Assembly: GCA_041481715.1 (NCBI GenBank) | Contig: JBGPCK010000001.1 | Location: 9,340-73,339 of the forward strand | Origin: Thermoanaerobaculia bacterium | GTDB lineage: Bacteria > Acidobacteriota > Thermoanaerobaculia > UBA5066 > Gp7-AA6 | Direction of reading: 5' to 3' | Length of the DNA stretch: 64,000 bases | Part shown: in pieces, positions 31,425 to 41,540 of the stretch | Layout: every line of letters begins with the position of its first letter | Numbering within the stretch: the stretch's first letter is position 1 | The notes under the pieces: generated by a model | Database searches by the model: none | Told to the model about the DNA's origin: nothing | Seen by the model: only the letters and a program-made list of their open reading frames with translations | Position numbers and translations under genes: made by a program

Positions 31425-32747
31425 TCAGGGCACCCACACCGGCTGGCTATTGTTGCCCGCGTCGGTCAGCAGGCGTTTGTTCTTCCCGTCCACCGCGTCC
31501 ATCGTGTAGATCTGCGTCGAGCCGCCGCGTCGCGACTGGTAGACGATCTTCCCGCCGTCCGGCGACCAGGCGGGATGGGAGTTGGACCCCTCCGAGGTGA
31601 GCTGCACCGTCCGTCCCGTCGCCAGGTCCATCACGCAGATGTTGAAGTCTCCCTCGTTGCGGCACGCAAAGGCAATTCGGGAGCCATCCGGAGACCAGGT
31701 GCCTTCGTCGTTCCAGTTTCCCGCGAACACCAACTGTCGAGGACTCGTTCCCTCGGCTTCCATGATCCAGATCTGGGGCACGCCGGTCTGGTCCGAGGTG
31801 TACAAGATCTGGCGCCCGGTGGGAGACCACTCGGGTGCGGCTTCGAGGGAGCGCGTGTTGGTCAGGCGCCGCAGATTGCCGCCGTTGGCGCCCACGACGT
31901 AGACGTCGGTGTTGCCGCGCTGGGAGCCGGCGAACACGATCTGCGACCCGTCGGGGGAGAGCGCGGGGGAGGCATTCAGGTCGACGCCCGTCGGGACCTC
32001 CCGCTTGTCGCTGCCGTCCACATTCATCGAGTAGATCTGAGGGAACGTGTGCACGTACGATGTGTAGACGATCCGTCCCCCGTGGCCGTTGGGGTTGATC
32101 GAGAGGGACTTGTGGGCGGTCAACGGGTGGACGTTGCGCCCGTCGAAATCCATCGCGTAGATCTCCTTGTTCTTGTCCCGATCGGACACGAACGCGATCG
32201 TCGAGAGGTAAAGGCCGTCCTTGCCGGTAAAGTACTTGACGAGGTCGTTGGCCAGCGTGTGCGCGATGCGGGAAACATAGGAGGCGCCGCCGGAGTAGCG
32301 GCGTCCGAGGACCATCTTTCGTGACTTGAGGTCCCAGACGCGCCCCTCGATCGCCACGCGGTCGCCGGATACTTCCGCCCGCGTGTCGACCAGAATTTCC
32401 GCTCCTCCCGACAGCCACCGCTCACCGGCGTCCGGCGTCGTCGGGTCGCGCACACCCGCGGGATAAAGCGAGGGATCGGCGAGGACGAAGATGTCGGAGT
32501 ATTCGACGTCCGAGCGCAATGTTGCCGTGAACGGTTCGACGACCGCGGAGGTGAGCGCCGCCGCTCCCGACGAAAGCAGCTCCGGAACGGCCACGGACAG
32601 GCGGCGAACTCCCTCTTTGCGGATGGTGATCTCGAGCTCCTGCGGTGTGGCGGAAGGGGGCGGGGTGGGCTGCCGCGTCTGCGCCTCGACGCACGGCGAT
32701 GAGGCGAGGGCGTAGAAACCCAGAAGGAGAGCGAGGAGTCTTTTCAT
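31425..32747 (-). CDS. tolB: Tol-Pal system beta-propeller protein TolB
   Basis: 440 aa. Signal peptide, TolB N-domain, six-bladed propeller repeats (SPDGSRIAF, WSPDGGKIVY). Confidence 0.9.
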   Translation of the reverse strand: MKRLLALLLGFYALASSPCVEAQTRQPTPPPSATPQELEITIRKEGVRRLSVAVPELLSSGAAALTSAVVEPFTATLRSDVEYSDIFVLADPSLYPAGVRDPTTPDAGERWLSGGAEILVDTRAEVSGDRVAIEGRVWDLKSRKMVLGRRYSGGASYVSRIAHTLANDLVKYFTGKDGLYLSTIAFVSDRDKNKEIYAMDFDGRNVHPLTAHKSLSINPNGHGGRIVYTSYVHTFPQIYSMNVDGSDKREVPTGVDLNASPALSPDGSQIVFAGSQRGNTDVYVVGANGGNLRRLTNTRSLEAAPEWSPTGRQILYTSDQTGVPQIWIMEAEGTSPRQLVFAGNWNDEGTWSPDGSRIAFACRNEGDFNICVMDLATGRTVQLTSEGSNSHPAWSPDGGKIVYQSRRGGSTQIYTMDAVDGKNKRLLTDAGNNSQPVWVP

Positions 32748-32769
32748 TCGAGGGTCTCCGCAGTTGCGA

Positions 32770-33513
32770 TCATTCGAATGTGACCGTCAGACCCACGTAG
32801 GGTCCCGACCAGTCCGCCGGCAGCGGGGGGAAGGACGAAGCCAGCACGGCCCGCACCGCGGCACGATCGACGAACGGTAGCCCGCTCGACTTGATGATCT
32901 CGGCGTCGGCGACGGTTCCGTCCCGGTTGATTCGAAAATGCACCTTGGGCGGAACGGGAATCGTCTGTGTCGGCTTGAACCAGTTCGTCGACAGGGCGAT
33001 CTGGATCGCTTCGATGTAGTAGCCGTATCGGAAATCCGGCTGGTCGAACTGAGCGCCTCCGATCCCGGCGTTGCCCCCGGCGCCCGCCGCCGATTGCGCC
33101 GTGCCGCCGCCCTGTCCCTCTCCCGAGCTCGGCAGCGAGACCTCCGGCGCCCGGGGCGCCGTGGCGCGAGACGGGGGAGGCGGCGTCGGCTTCTTCGTCC
33201 TCTTCTCCTCTTTGGCCGGAAGAAGGACTGCCTTGTCCGATGGCGGAGGCGGCGCCTCCTCCGGTGGCTTCTCGATCTTCGGCTTGGCGGGTTCCGGCGC
33301 GGCCGCCTGCGCCGCCTCGGCGCGAATGGATCCCGCCGATAGGATGCGCACCGCCACGGCGCGGGGCGGCGCGAGCTGCAACGGCCGGGCGAGAGAGGAG
33401 ACGAAGAACGCTCCTAAGAGGGCAAGATGCAGCACGATGGCCAGCAGCACCCCGGCGGCCCACGGGAAATCTTCTTTCTCTTTTTCGGCGAGGATCGTTC
33501 CGACGGCGTCCAT
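32770..33513 (-). CDS. TolA-like energy-transducing protein (TonB C-terminal domain family)
   Basis: N-terminal TM anchor, Pro/Ala/Lys-rich spacer, C-terminal TonB_C-like domain. Located between tolR and tolB. Confidence 0.75.
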   Translation of the reverse strand: MDAVGTILAEKEKEDFPWAAGVLLAIVLHLALLGAFFVSSLARPLQLAPPRAVAVRILSAGSIRAEAAQAAAPEPAKPKIEKPPEEAPPPPSDKAVLLPAKEEKRTKKPTPPPPSRATAPRAPEVSLPSSGEGQGGGTAQSAAGAGGNAGIGGAQFDQPDFRYGYYIEAIQIALSTNWFKPTQTIPVPPKVHFRINRDGTVADAEIIKSSGLPFVDRAAVRAVLASSFPPLPADWSGPYVGLTVTFE

Positions 33514-33532
33514 GCGAAGAGCTACGGGAAGC

Positions 33533-33961
33533 TCATTTCCCCTTCTTCCCGCCCGTGTCCGTGATCATCCCGAGGTTCTCGATGCCCATGCGATTCAAAA
33601 TGTCGAGTGTCTCGACGACGGTTCCGTAAGAGAGCGCCCGATCCGCCTTGAGGAAGACCGTCCGGTCCTTCCGGGTCTTCAGGAACGCCCGGAGCCTCTC
33701 TCGCAAGAGGCCGCGGGCCACCGGAGTCTCGTTGATGTAGTAGGCCCCTTCCCGGGTGATCGACAGGATCACCGGATCCTCGATGGACGTGGGCAGGTTG
33801 GTCGTCGCGGTGCGGGGCAATGCCACCGACACGCCTTGGTGGAGCATCGGGGCCGTGACCATGAAGATGACCAGGAGCACGAGCATCACGTCGACGAGGG
33901 GAGTGACGTTGATGTCCGCGAGGTGGTCGTACGGGTCGCCGGTTTGGTGTTGGAAGGCCAT
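33533..33961 (-). CDS. tolR: Biopolymer transport protein TolR/ExbD
   Basis: 142 aa. INVTPLVDVMLVLLVIFMV motif. Follows the TolQ homologue. Confidence 0.9.
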   Translation of the reverse strand: MAFQHQTGDPYDHLADINVTPLVDVMLVLLVIFMVTAPMLHQGVSVALPRTATTNLPTSIEDPVILSITREGAYYINETPVARGLLRERLRAFLKTRKDRTVFLKADRALSYGTVVETLDILNRMGIENLGMITDTGGKKGK

Positions 33962-34068
33962 GAATTCTCTAGGCGGAAGGCGTCGGGCACGAGATGGGGA
34001 ATCGAGACGGCGAGATCCGGTCGGTTCTTCCGATCCGCCTCACCTCTCACGCCTCACGCCGGACGACC

Positions 34069-34845
34069 TCAGGTGAAGTTCCTTTCCGCCAAATTGATGA
34101 ACTCCAGGGCAAAATCCTCCATTCCCGCCCGCTGCATGCGCACCTTCCCCATGAAGTAGTTGTAGAAGATGAGAGCGGGAATGGCCGCCGCGAGGCCCGC
34201 GGCCGTGTTGATGAGCGCCTCGGAGATGCCGGGAGCGACCGCCGCAATCGACGTCGATCCGGTGTTTCCGATTGCGCGGAAGGACTGCATGATGCCCCAG
34301 ACGGTTCCGAAGAGTCCGATGAAGGGGCAGGCCGAGGCCGTCGTGGCGAGAAAGGTCATGTACTTGGTCAGGCGAGAGACCTCGGCCGTGATGGCCCTCT
34401 CGAGGGCGCGCTCGACCCCCGAGATGTTCTTGATCAGGAGCTTGCCTGCGCCGCCGGCAGTGACCGCCGGATCCTCGGGGCGGTTCGCCTTGACCTGGGC
34501 GTCCAACTCCGCGTAGCCCGCCCGGAAGAGGGTGGTCAGCGGCGTATCGGGCAACTGGCTGGCGATGCCGTTGACCTCGGAAAAGCGCTTGGACTTTCGG
34601 AAGAAGCCGATGAACTTGTCCGACTGGCGTGCCACGCGGCGCAGGCGGAGGAATTTGGCGAAAATAATGATCCAGGAGATGAGCGAAAAGAGAAACAGGA
34701 TGCCGAGAACGACCTTGGCCGCCGGCCCCGTCTCCCGGAAGAAGGCCAGGAGAGAGTTGCCGCCGGGAAGGTTTTCGCTGGAGATCGGCTGAAAAAGTGC
34801 CGCGACCATCCCGGAGGACCGTAACATACGCATGGGAGAATTCAA
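34069..34845 (-). CDS. tolQ: MotA/TolQ/ExbB proton channel protein TolQ
   Basis: 258 aa. 3 TM helices, conserved C-terminal channel region (GLFGTVWGIMQSF, AIPALIFYNYF). Confidence 0.9.
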   Translation of the reverse strand: MNSPMRMLRSSGMVAALFQPISSENLPGGNSLLAFFRETGPAAKVVLGILFLFSLISWIIIFAKFLRLRRVARQSDKFIGFFRKSKRFSEVNGIASQLPDTPLTTLFRAGYAELDAQVKANRPEDPAVTAGGAGKLLIKNISGVERALERAITAEVSRLTKYMTFLATTASACPFIGLFGTVWGIMQSFRAIGNTGSTSIAAVAPGISEALINTAAGLAAAIPALIFYNYFMGKVRMQRAGMEDFALEFINLAERNFT

Positions 34846-34850
34846 AGGGA

Positions 34851-36680
34851 ATGGGACTTCGCCTCGGACGCGTTCTTGTTCGCGTGACGGCGCGCGTGGC
34901 CGGTGTGCTGCTCGCCCTGGCGCTCGTGACGGCGCCGGGCGTGGCGGCGGCCCAGCCGTCCGAGATTCTGCCCGCCGACCGGGTCGCGGCCGGCATGAAG
35001 GGCTACGGCCTGACCGACCTCGGCGACGGAAAGGGCGTTCAGCGGTTCGACGTCGAGATCATCGGGACCCTCAAGCGTTTTGCTCCGGGGCAGGACATGA
35101 TCCTGGCCCGTGTCTCGGGCGCCGAGCTCGAGCGCTCGGGAATCATCGCGGGAATGAGCGGCAGCCCGATCTACATCGACGGCAAGCTCGTGGGAGCCCT
35201 CGCCTACGGATGGCCGTTCGCCAAGGATCCGATCTGCGGCATTACGCCCATTCAGAGCATGCTCGACATCCGCAAGGCGCCGGCCTCTCCGCCCGTTCCG
35301 ATCGCCGGTGCGGCCGTGTCGACCGGGAACCTGATCGCCGCGGTGCGCGACGGGCGATTCCGTGCTGGGCTCGACGCGCTTCTCTCGGCGTTCCAGCCGG
35401 CCACGGCGGGCGCGATGGCGCCTCTGCCGCTCCCGGTTTCCTTCTCGGGCGGCCCGGCCGCGGGCGCCTTGGTCGGTCGGCTCGCCGAGACCGCCGGCTG
35501 GATGGCGGTTCCCTCGGGCGGTTCGGCCACCGCGCCCCTCTCGGCGGGCACGCTCGAGCCGGGCTCGGCCATCGCGACGGTGCTCATGTCGGGAGACATG
35601 GACGTCGCCGCAACCGGCACGGTGACCTGGGTCGAAGGATCGAGCGTGCTCGCCTTCGGGCATCCGTTCCTGTCGATGGGGCCGGTCGACATGCCGATGG
35701 CGGAGGCGACAGTCCTCACCGTGCTTCCGTCCGTCTTTCGCTCCTTCAAGTTCGCGGCCACCGGGAGCACGTTGGGATCGATTTCCCAGGACCGCTCGAG
35801 CGGAATCCTGGGCAGCTTCGGCGCGCGAGCGACGATGGTCCCGGTGCGGGTGCGCCTCTCGTCGGACGACATCCCGACCCAGACCTTCCAATTCGAGGTG
35901 GTCCACAACTCGATGCTGACGCCCATCCTGGCGGCAGTCGCGATCGACAGCGTCCTGACGACGATTGAGAAACGAACGGGGGAACGCACCCTGGTCTGGA
36001 AATCGGCCATCCGGACCCCGGACCGCGTTATCCCGTGGGAAACGGTTTTCACGGGCCTCGCGGCGCGCGAGGAAGCCGTGGCTTCCCTGGCTCTCTTGAC
36101 GAACTACCTGATGGCGAACGAATTTCAGGATCTGACCATAACGGGCCTCGACGTGGACATCCGTCACTCCGACCGGCTGCAGAGTGCCCGCGTGGTCAAC
36201 GTGGAGGCGGACCGAGGGAAGGTTCGTCCCGGTGAGTCGGTCCCAATTCATGTGGATTTGGTCGACTTCCGGGGCGGCACCCGACGTGTCTCCCTGATGG
36301 TTCGGGTACCGCCCGACACCCCGCCGGGGCCCCTCACGGTCTTCGTCGGGGACGGCGCTGCGGCCACCGCCTATGACCTCGCGCTCTACCCACCGGACCC
36401 GCGGTCGCTGGCGCAAGTGCTCGACTTTCTCGCGCGGGTGCGGCCTCCGAACACCTTGAACCTCTTGGCGGACCGACGCGCCCCCGGCGCCGTCGTAGCA
36501 GGAGAGGCGCTTGCCGCGCTGCCCCCGTCTTTGGGCGCGGTGCTGCTCGATCGCGGCCCCGGCGGAAGCGGCGCGCCGGACCTCTCTTCGGTGCGCCTCG
36601 AGTCGCAATCGATCGAGCAACCGGTTCCCGTCACGGGCTCGGTGCACCTTCGGCTCGAAGTCCTGCCGAGACTTTTTTGA
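34851..36680 (+). CDS. Secreted peptidase S55 (SpoIVB-type serine protease) domain protein
   Basis: Internal ATG gives signal peptide MGLRLGRVLVRVTARVAGVLLALALVTAPGVAAA. Catalytic-serine block GIIAGMSGSPIYIDGKLVGALAYGWPF matches SpoIVB GMSGSP motif. Upstream part of ORF 34797.. overlaps tolQ. Confidence 0.75.
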   Translation: MGLRLGRVLVRVTARVAGVLLALALVTAPGVAAAQPSEILPADRVAAGMKGYGLTDLGDGKGVQRFDVEIIGTLKRFAPGQDMILARVSGAELERSGIIAGMSGSPIYIDGKLVGALAYGWPFAKDPICGITPIQSMLDIRKAPASPPVPIAGAAVSTGNLIAAVRDGRFRAGLDALLSAFQPATAGAMAPLPLPVSFSGGPAAGALVGRLAETAGWMAVPSGGSATAPLSAGTLEPGSAIATVLMSGDMDVAATGTVTWVEGSSVLAFGHPFLSMGPVDMPMAEATVLTVLPSVFRSFKFAATGSTLGSISQDRSSGILGSFGARATMVPVRVRLSSDDIPTQTFQFEVVHNSMLTPILAAVAIDSVLTTIEKRTGERTLVWKSAIRTPDRVIPWETVFTGLAAREEAVASLALLTNYLMANEFQDLTITGLDVDIRHSDRLQSARVVNVEADRGKVRPGESVPIHVDLVDFRGGTRRVSLMVRVPPDTPPGPLTVFVGDGAAATAYDLALYPPDPRSLAQVLDFLARVRPPNTLNLLADRRAPGAVVAGEALAALPPSLGAVLLDRGPGGSGAPDLSSVRLESQSIEQPVPVTGSVHLRLEVLPRLF

Positions 36681-36685
36681 GCCGA

Positions 36686-38851
36686 ATGCGGGGGGGCGTC
36701 ATCCTTCTCGCGGCGGGCCTCTGCCTGCCCGCGGGATCGCTCCCGGCAGCGGAGACACGCATCTGGGTCTCCGATTCCGCATCGGACTTCTCCGCCGGCG
36801 AGGCGCGCGGCGTCTCGGTGACCGGTGACGGCGCGCTCGCCCTTTCACGGGGCATCCAGCCCGTGGCCGGGATCGGTGAAGCCGCGATCTACGCGGTCAC
36901 CGAGGGCAAAGACGACACGATCTACCTCGGCACGGGGGACTCCGGGAAGATTCTGCGCGTGGCCGGCGGCCGGGCCGAGACCGCGGCGACGCTTCCGGAG
37001 AAGGAGATCACTGCGCTTGCCCTGGGAGCGGACGGAGCCCTCTACGCGGGCGCCTCCCCCGGGGGGAAGGTGTACCGCGTCTCGGGAGGCAAGGCGGAGG
37101 TCTATTACGAGACCGGTGCGAGATACGTCTGGGCGCTCGAGTTCGTGGGCTCCTCGCTCTACGTCGCGACGGGCTTGCCGGGGGAAATCCATCGCGTCGC
37201 GTCCGCGCGCAAGGGAGAGCGCGTCCACACGGCCTCTGATCCGCACGTCAAGACGCTCTTTCGGGATACGCAGGGTCGTCTCTGGGCCGGAACGGCGGGG
37301 TCCGGGCTGGTCCTGCGTCTCGAGCCTTCCGGATCCGTGTCCACCGTCTACGACTCTTCGAAGACCGAGATTTCCTCCATCACGCAAAGCGCGGACGGCC
37401 GCGTCTGGGCGGCGGCTGTGTCGGCGGAGGCCGCGCCGGGGGCTGGGGAGCCGATCAGCGCTCCGGTCGCGCTGCCGACGGGAAAGCCGGCGCGCGCCGC
37501 CGGCCGGGAAGACGATGAGGGCCGGGATAAGCCGGAAGTCTCCGTGAGCGTCTCCTCCGTTCGGGTCGCTCCGCCGCGGCCTTCGGGCAAGGGCGCCTAC
37601 TCCTCGGAGGTCGTGATCTTTCCCGACGACGAGCCGCCCCGTAGCGTCTGGTCGAGCACGGAGGAGCTTGTCTTCTCCCTCGAGCCGGCGGGCAACAAGG
37701 GCGACGTGCTCGCGGGGACGGGGCCGAACGGGAAGCTCTACCGGATCTCGAACGGCTCCTGGTCGCTCGACCGGACACTCGACGAGAAGCAGGTCACGGT
37801 CCTCGCGGGCAACGCCATCGCGACCAACGGCTCCTGCGCCGTCTACCGGCTCGTCGACGGTCCGCGCAAGGGCGAGTACGTCTCGGCGGTCAAGGACACC
37901 GGCCGCACGAGCCGTTTCGGAGCCTTCCGGTGGGAAGGCGAGATTCCATCCGGTGCCGATGTGGAATTCTCCTTCCGCTCGGGCGAGTCGCAGGTTCCCG
38001 ACGCCGCCTGGAGTGCGTGGTCCCCTCGGGTCGCGGCGGCGCAGGCCTCGAAGGTTGGCGCGCCTCCGGGCCGCTACCTGCAGTGGAAGGTTCAAATGAG
38101 CTCGGACGGGAAGGCGATACCGGCCATCCGACGCGCCGAGGCCGCGTACCGCAACCGCAACGCGGCGCCGGACATCGAGAGCTTGACCGCAATGGCGCCG
38201 GCAGAGGTTCTCGCGCGGGCCGCCGCGGGCGGCATGAACGTCTTCGAGACGCAGGCGCCGGACGAGAAGGGGATCTTCACGGGCCTGGAGGAGCCGAAGT
38301 CCGAGAGCGCGCCGCGCAAGCTCCTTCGGAAGGGATACCGCACGTTGACCTGGAAGGCGAGCGACCGGGATGGTGACGCCCTCTCCTACGAAATCCGGGT
38401 GCGGCCAGCCGGATCCGACCGGTGGGTCTTGCTGCGAAAGGATCTCAAGGAGTCCTTCTACGCTTTCGACACGACGTCGCTGCCCGACGGAGACTACGTC
38501 TTCCGCTTGATCGCTTCCGATGCCGAGGTCAATCCCGACGAACCGAAGACGGCCACGCGAGACTCTTCCCCCGTGCGGATCGACAACACGCCTCCGGTGA
38601 TCCGCCGCCTGGCCGCCTCGGGGGCCGCGCTGCGCCTCGAGGCCGCGGACGCGGGCTCGCCGATTCTCGAGGCCCAGTACAGCGTGGACGCCAAGGAGTG
38701 GGTGCGCATCGAGCCCGAGGACGGGCTCTCCGACTCGCCCTTGGAGACCTACACGATCCCGCTGGAAGGCGCGCGGCACGGGGCGTATGTGCTGGTTCGC
38801 GTGACGGACGCCGCGCGTAACGTCGCCGCAGCGAGCTTCACGGTCCCGTAG
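36686..38851 (+). CDS. Secreted beta-propeller repeat protein (hypothetical)
   Basis: ATG 5 nt after S55 peptidase stop. Signal peptide MRGGVILLAAGLCLPAGSLPAAE. Repeated blade-like motifs (DGALYAG, GKVYRV, GRLWAGT, DGRVWAA, GKLYRIS). C-terminal Ig-like region. Confidence 0.65.
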   Translation: MRGGVILLAAGLCLPAGSLPAAETRIWVSDSASDFSAGEARGVSVTGDGALALSRGIQPVAGIGEAAIYAVTEGKDDTIYLGTGDSGKILRVAGGRAETAATLPEKEITALALGADGALYAGASPGGKVYRVSGGKAEVYYETGARYVWALEFVGSSLYVATGLPGEIHRVASARKGERVHTASDPHVKTLFRDTQGRLWAGTAGSGLVLRLEPSGSVSTVYDSSKTEISSITQSADGRVWAAAVSAEAAPGAGEPISAPVALPTGKPARAAGREDDEGRDKPEVSVSVSSVRVAPPRPSGKGAYSSEVVIFPDDEPPRSVWSSTEELVFSLEPAGNKGDVLAGTGPNGKLYRISNGSWSLDRTLDEKQVTVLAGNAIATNGSCAVYRLVDGPRKGEYVSAVKDTGRTSRFGAFRWEGEIPSGADVEFSFRSGESQVPDAAWSAWSPRVAAAQASKVGAPPGRYLQWKVQMSSDGKAIPAIRRAEAAYRNRNAAPDIESLTAMAPAEVLARAAAGGMNVFETQAPDEKGIFTGLEEPKSESAPRKLLRKGYRTLTWKASDRDGDALSYEIRVRPAGSDRWVLLRKDLKESFYAFDTTSLPDGDYVFRLIASDAEVNPDEPKTATRDSSPVRIDNTPPVIRRLAASGAALRLEAADAGSPILEAQYSVDAKEWVRIEPEDGLSDSPLETYTIPLEGARHGAYVLVRVTDAARNVAAASFTVP

Positions 38852-38898
38852 GCAAGTCCACCGTCAACGGTCGACGGTAACTCCCTCATAATCGGGAC

Positions 38899-40563
38899 GT
38901 GCGCCCGCCGCCGACGATCCTCCTGGCAATCACCCTTCTCTCCGCCTGCCGCCCGAAGGAGGCCGGAGCCCCGAGCGGCGGCGTCGCTCGCATACCGACC
39001 CCACCGGCGAGCGGCTCCCTCAAGGGCGCCGCTGCGGAGAGCGGGACGCTGCGTCGGCGGCTCTTCGGCGAGCCCGGCACACTCAACGCCGTCCTCCAAA
39101 GCGACGTGCCCGAACAGCTCGTTCTGCAGTATCTCTCGCGAAACCTCTTCGACTTCGACTCCCGCATGAACCTCGTGCCGGGGCTGGCGGAGCGGATCGA
39201 GTTCTCGCCCGATGGTCTGGCCTGTACCATCTCTCTTCGATCGGAGGCGGTATGGGAGGACGGCACGCCGGTCACGCCGGCCGATGCGGTCTTCACCATC
39301 CGCAAGATCGCCGACCCGGGGACCGCGTCGCCCCTCTACAAGGCCCTCTTCCAGGAGCTGGTTTCGGTCGAGGAGGCCGGTCCGCGGTCGTTCCGGGCCC
39401 GATTCCGAGAGCCCTACGCGTACCGCGCGATGGCCTTCGCGATGCCGCTGCTTCCGGCGCGCCGCTTCGCGCGTCAAGCCTTCGAGCGCGCCCCGGACAA
39501 CCGAGCTCCGCTCTCCAACGGTCCCTACCGCCTCGTCTCGTGGAGGGCGCAGGAGTCGATCGCACTCGAACGCAACCCGCGCTACTGGGGGCCGCCCGGC
39601 CGCTTCGACCGGGTCTTCTTCCGGATCCTGCCCGAGAACTCCGTGGCCTATCGGGCTCTGCTCCAAGGGGACCTGGACGAAACCTGGATTGACGCGGCGC
39701 TCAAGCAACGCGCGGCGCAAGATCCGGCCTTTGCCGCATGCTGCCGCCTGGTCGAGTTTTACGACCTCGACTACAACTACATCGCGCTCAACGCCCGCCT
39801 CCCGTTCTTTGCCGACGCGCGCGCCCGCCGGGCCCTGACGATGCTGCTCAACCGGCAGTCGATCGCGCAAACCTTGTACGAGGGCTCGGCGCGGGTCATC
39901 TCGGGGCCCTGGGCGCCGGAGTCGCCGGCCTACGACGCGACGGTTGCGCCCCTCCCTTTCGATCCGAAGGAGGCCGCGGTCCTGCTCGAAGAAGCCGGCT
40001 GGCGCGACAGCAACGGCAACGGCATTCGGGACCGCAACGGCCGGGAGTTCGATTTCGAGCTGCTCGTTTCGGCGGGAAATACGATTGGGCGTCAGATCGA
40101 CGAGACGTTCGCCGCGGAGCTGGCGCGCGCAGGCGTGCGGGCCCGTGTGCGGACTCTCGAATGGGCGAGCTTCGTCGAGCGCCTGGATTCGGGCTCGTTC
40201 GAAGCCGCCTCGCTCGCCTCGAGTGCCTCCGACCCGAACCCGGACCCGTACCCTTACTGGCACTCCTCGCAGTGGCCTCCGCGGGGCTTGAACAGCGGCT
40301 TCTACCGCAACCCCGTCGCGGACCGGCTGATGGAGGAGGCGCGCCGCGAGCGGGATGAAAAGCGGCGAATCGCCCTGTTTCACCGGCTTCATCGCATCTT
40401 CCGGGACGACGCCCCGGCGATCTTCGTGGTCAACGCAACCAAGAAGTACGCGCTTTCGCGAGCTCTCGAGGGCGTCGAGACTTCGCCACTCGGGCCCTTC
40501 GGGATCTGGCCTGGGCCTCTGGCCTGGTCGATGCCGGCTGCGCCTGCCAGAGTCGCGCCGTGA
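38899..40563 (+). CDS. ABC transporter substrate-binding protein, peptide/nickel family (SBP_bac_5), lipoprotein
   Basis: 554 aa. Lipobox LLSA-C. Family motifs (SNGPYRLVSW, ERNPRYWG). Confidence 0.85.
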   Translation: MRPPPTILLAITLLSACRPKEAGAPSGGVARIPTPPASGSLKGAAAESGTLRRRLFGEPGTLNAVLQSDVPEQLVLQYLSRNLFDFDSRMNLVPGLAERIEFSPDGLACTISLRSEAVWEDGTPVTPADAVFTIRKIADPGTASPLYKALFQELVSVEEAGPRSFRARFREPYAYRAMAFAMPLLPARRFARQAFERAPDNRAPLSNGPYRLVSWRAQESIALERNPRYWGPPGRFDRVFFRILPENSVAYRALLQGDLDETWIDAALKQRAAQDPAFAACCRLVEFYDLDYNYIALNARLPFFADARARRALTMLLNRQSIAQTLYEGSARVISGPWAPESPAYDATVAPLPFDPKEAAVLLEEAGWRDSNGNGIRDRNGREFDFELLVSAGNTIGRQIDETFAAELARAGVRARVRTLEWASFVERLDSGSFEAASLASSASDPNPDPYPYWHSSQWPPRGLNSGFYRNPVADRLMEEARRERDEKRRIALFHRLHRIFRDDAPAIFVVNATKKYALSRALEGVETSPLGPFGIWPGPLAWSMPAAPARVAP

Positions 40564-41540
40564 TCCGCTACACGCTCCGGCGTCTGGCGCTCGCTGTGCC
40601 GACACTGGCGGGGATCGTCGTTCTGGTGTTCCTCCTTCTCCATCTGGCGCCGGGCAGCCCCGTCAGCGCGATGGGGGCGGAGTCGGGCCGACGTGTCTCG
40701 GCCCGCGCGGCAGAGGAGATGCGCCGCCAGTACGGGCTCGACCGGCCGCTGCCCGAGCGTTTCGGCGCCTGGATCGGCCGGATCGCGCGCCTGGATCTGG
40801 GCGAGTCCTTCGTCGATCGCCGGCCAGTGGGAGAGCGAATTCGGGAAGCACTGCCATACACGCTCCTGTTGAACGGGCTCGCCCTGCTTCTGACGCTCGG
40901 GATCGCGATCCCGCTCGGCGTCGCGGCGGGCGGGCGGCCCGAGGGCCCGCTCGACCGCGTGTCGGGCGTCGCCCTCTTCGCCCTGTATTCGCTGCCCTCG
41001 TTCTGGGCGGCCTTGCTTCTCCAGGCGCTCTTCTCGGTGCGTCTGCGGTGGCTTCCTCTCTACGGCGTGGCGTCCGACTCGGCACCAACGGGCCTGGGCG
41101 GACTGCTCGACCGGTTGGAACATCTGGCGTTGCCCGTGGTCTGCCTGACGTACGGCTCGCTCGCCTTCTTCGCGCGGCTGGTTCGGTCCGGCGTCGCGGA
41201 GATGCGGCAGCAGGACTTCGTTCTCGCGGCGCGGGCCCGGGGCGCCTCGGCCCGCCGGGCGCTCTGGGCGCATGCCTTCCGCAACGCACTCCTACCGCTG
41301 ATCACGCTACTCGGTCTGGTGCTGCCGGGGCTGCTTTCCGGCAGCGTCATCATCGAAAAGATCTTCGCCTGGCCGGGGGTGGGACGCCTCTACTTCGACT
41401 CCATCCTCGCCCGGGACTATCCGGTCGTGCTGGCGCTCTCCCTGCTCGGCGCCGTCGCGACGCTCGCCGTCACGCTGGCGGCGGACCTGGCCTACGCGCT
41501 TGCCGATCCCCGTGTCCGGGACGGCACGGAGGCCCGTTGA
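40560..41540 (+). CDS. ABC transporter permease (DppB/OppB-like)
   Basis: 326 aa. BPD_transp_1 signature region (LARARGASARRALWAHAFRNALLP). Confidence 0.85.
   Translation: MIRYTLRRLALAVPTLAGIVVLVFLLLHLAPGSPVSAMGAESGRRVSARAAEEMRRQYGLDRPLPERFGAWIGRIARLDLGESFVDRRPVGERIREALPYTLLLNGLALLLTLGIAIPLGVAAGGRPEGPLDRVSGVALFALYSLPSFWAALLLQALFSVRLRWLPLYGVASDSAPTGLGGLLDRLEHLALPVVCLTYGSLAFFARLVRSGVAEMRQQDFVLAARARGASARRALWAHAFRNALLPLITLLGLVLPGLLSGSVIIEKIFAWPGVGRLYFDSILARDYPVVLALSLLGAVATLAVTLAADLAYALADPRVRDGTEAR

Noticed and set aside
34842-36647. 601-aa minus ORF
   Set aside because: Antisense shadow of the S55 peptidase gene.
36845-40605. 644-aa and 618-aa minus ORFs
   Set aside because: Antisense shadows of the beta-propeller and SBP genes. 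Arg/Gly/Pro-rich with no motifs.
40355-41536. Upstream part of 677-aa ORF 40355..42388 and other long alternate-frame ORFs over the dpp-like operon
   Set aside because: Alternate-frame overlaps of the SBP and permease genes with Arg/Pro/Gly composition. Only the C-terminal DppC-like part is real.
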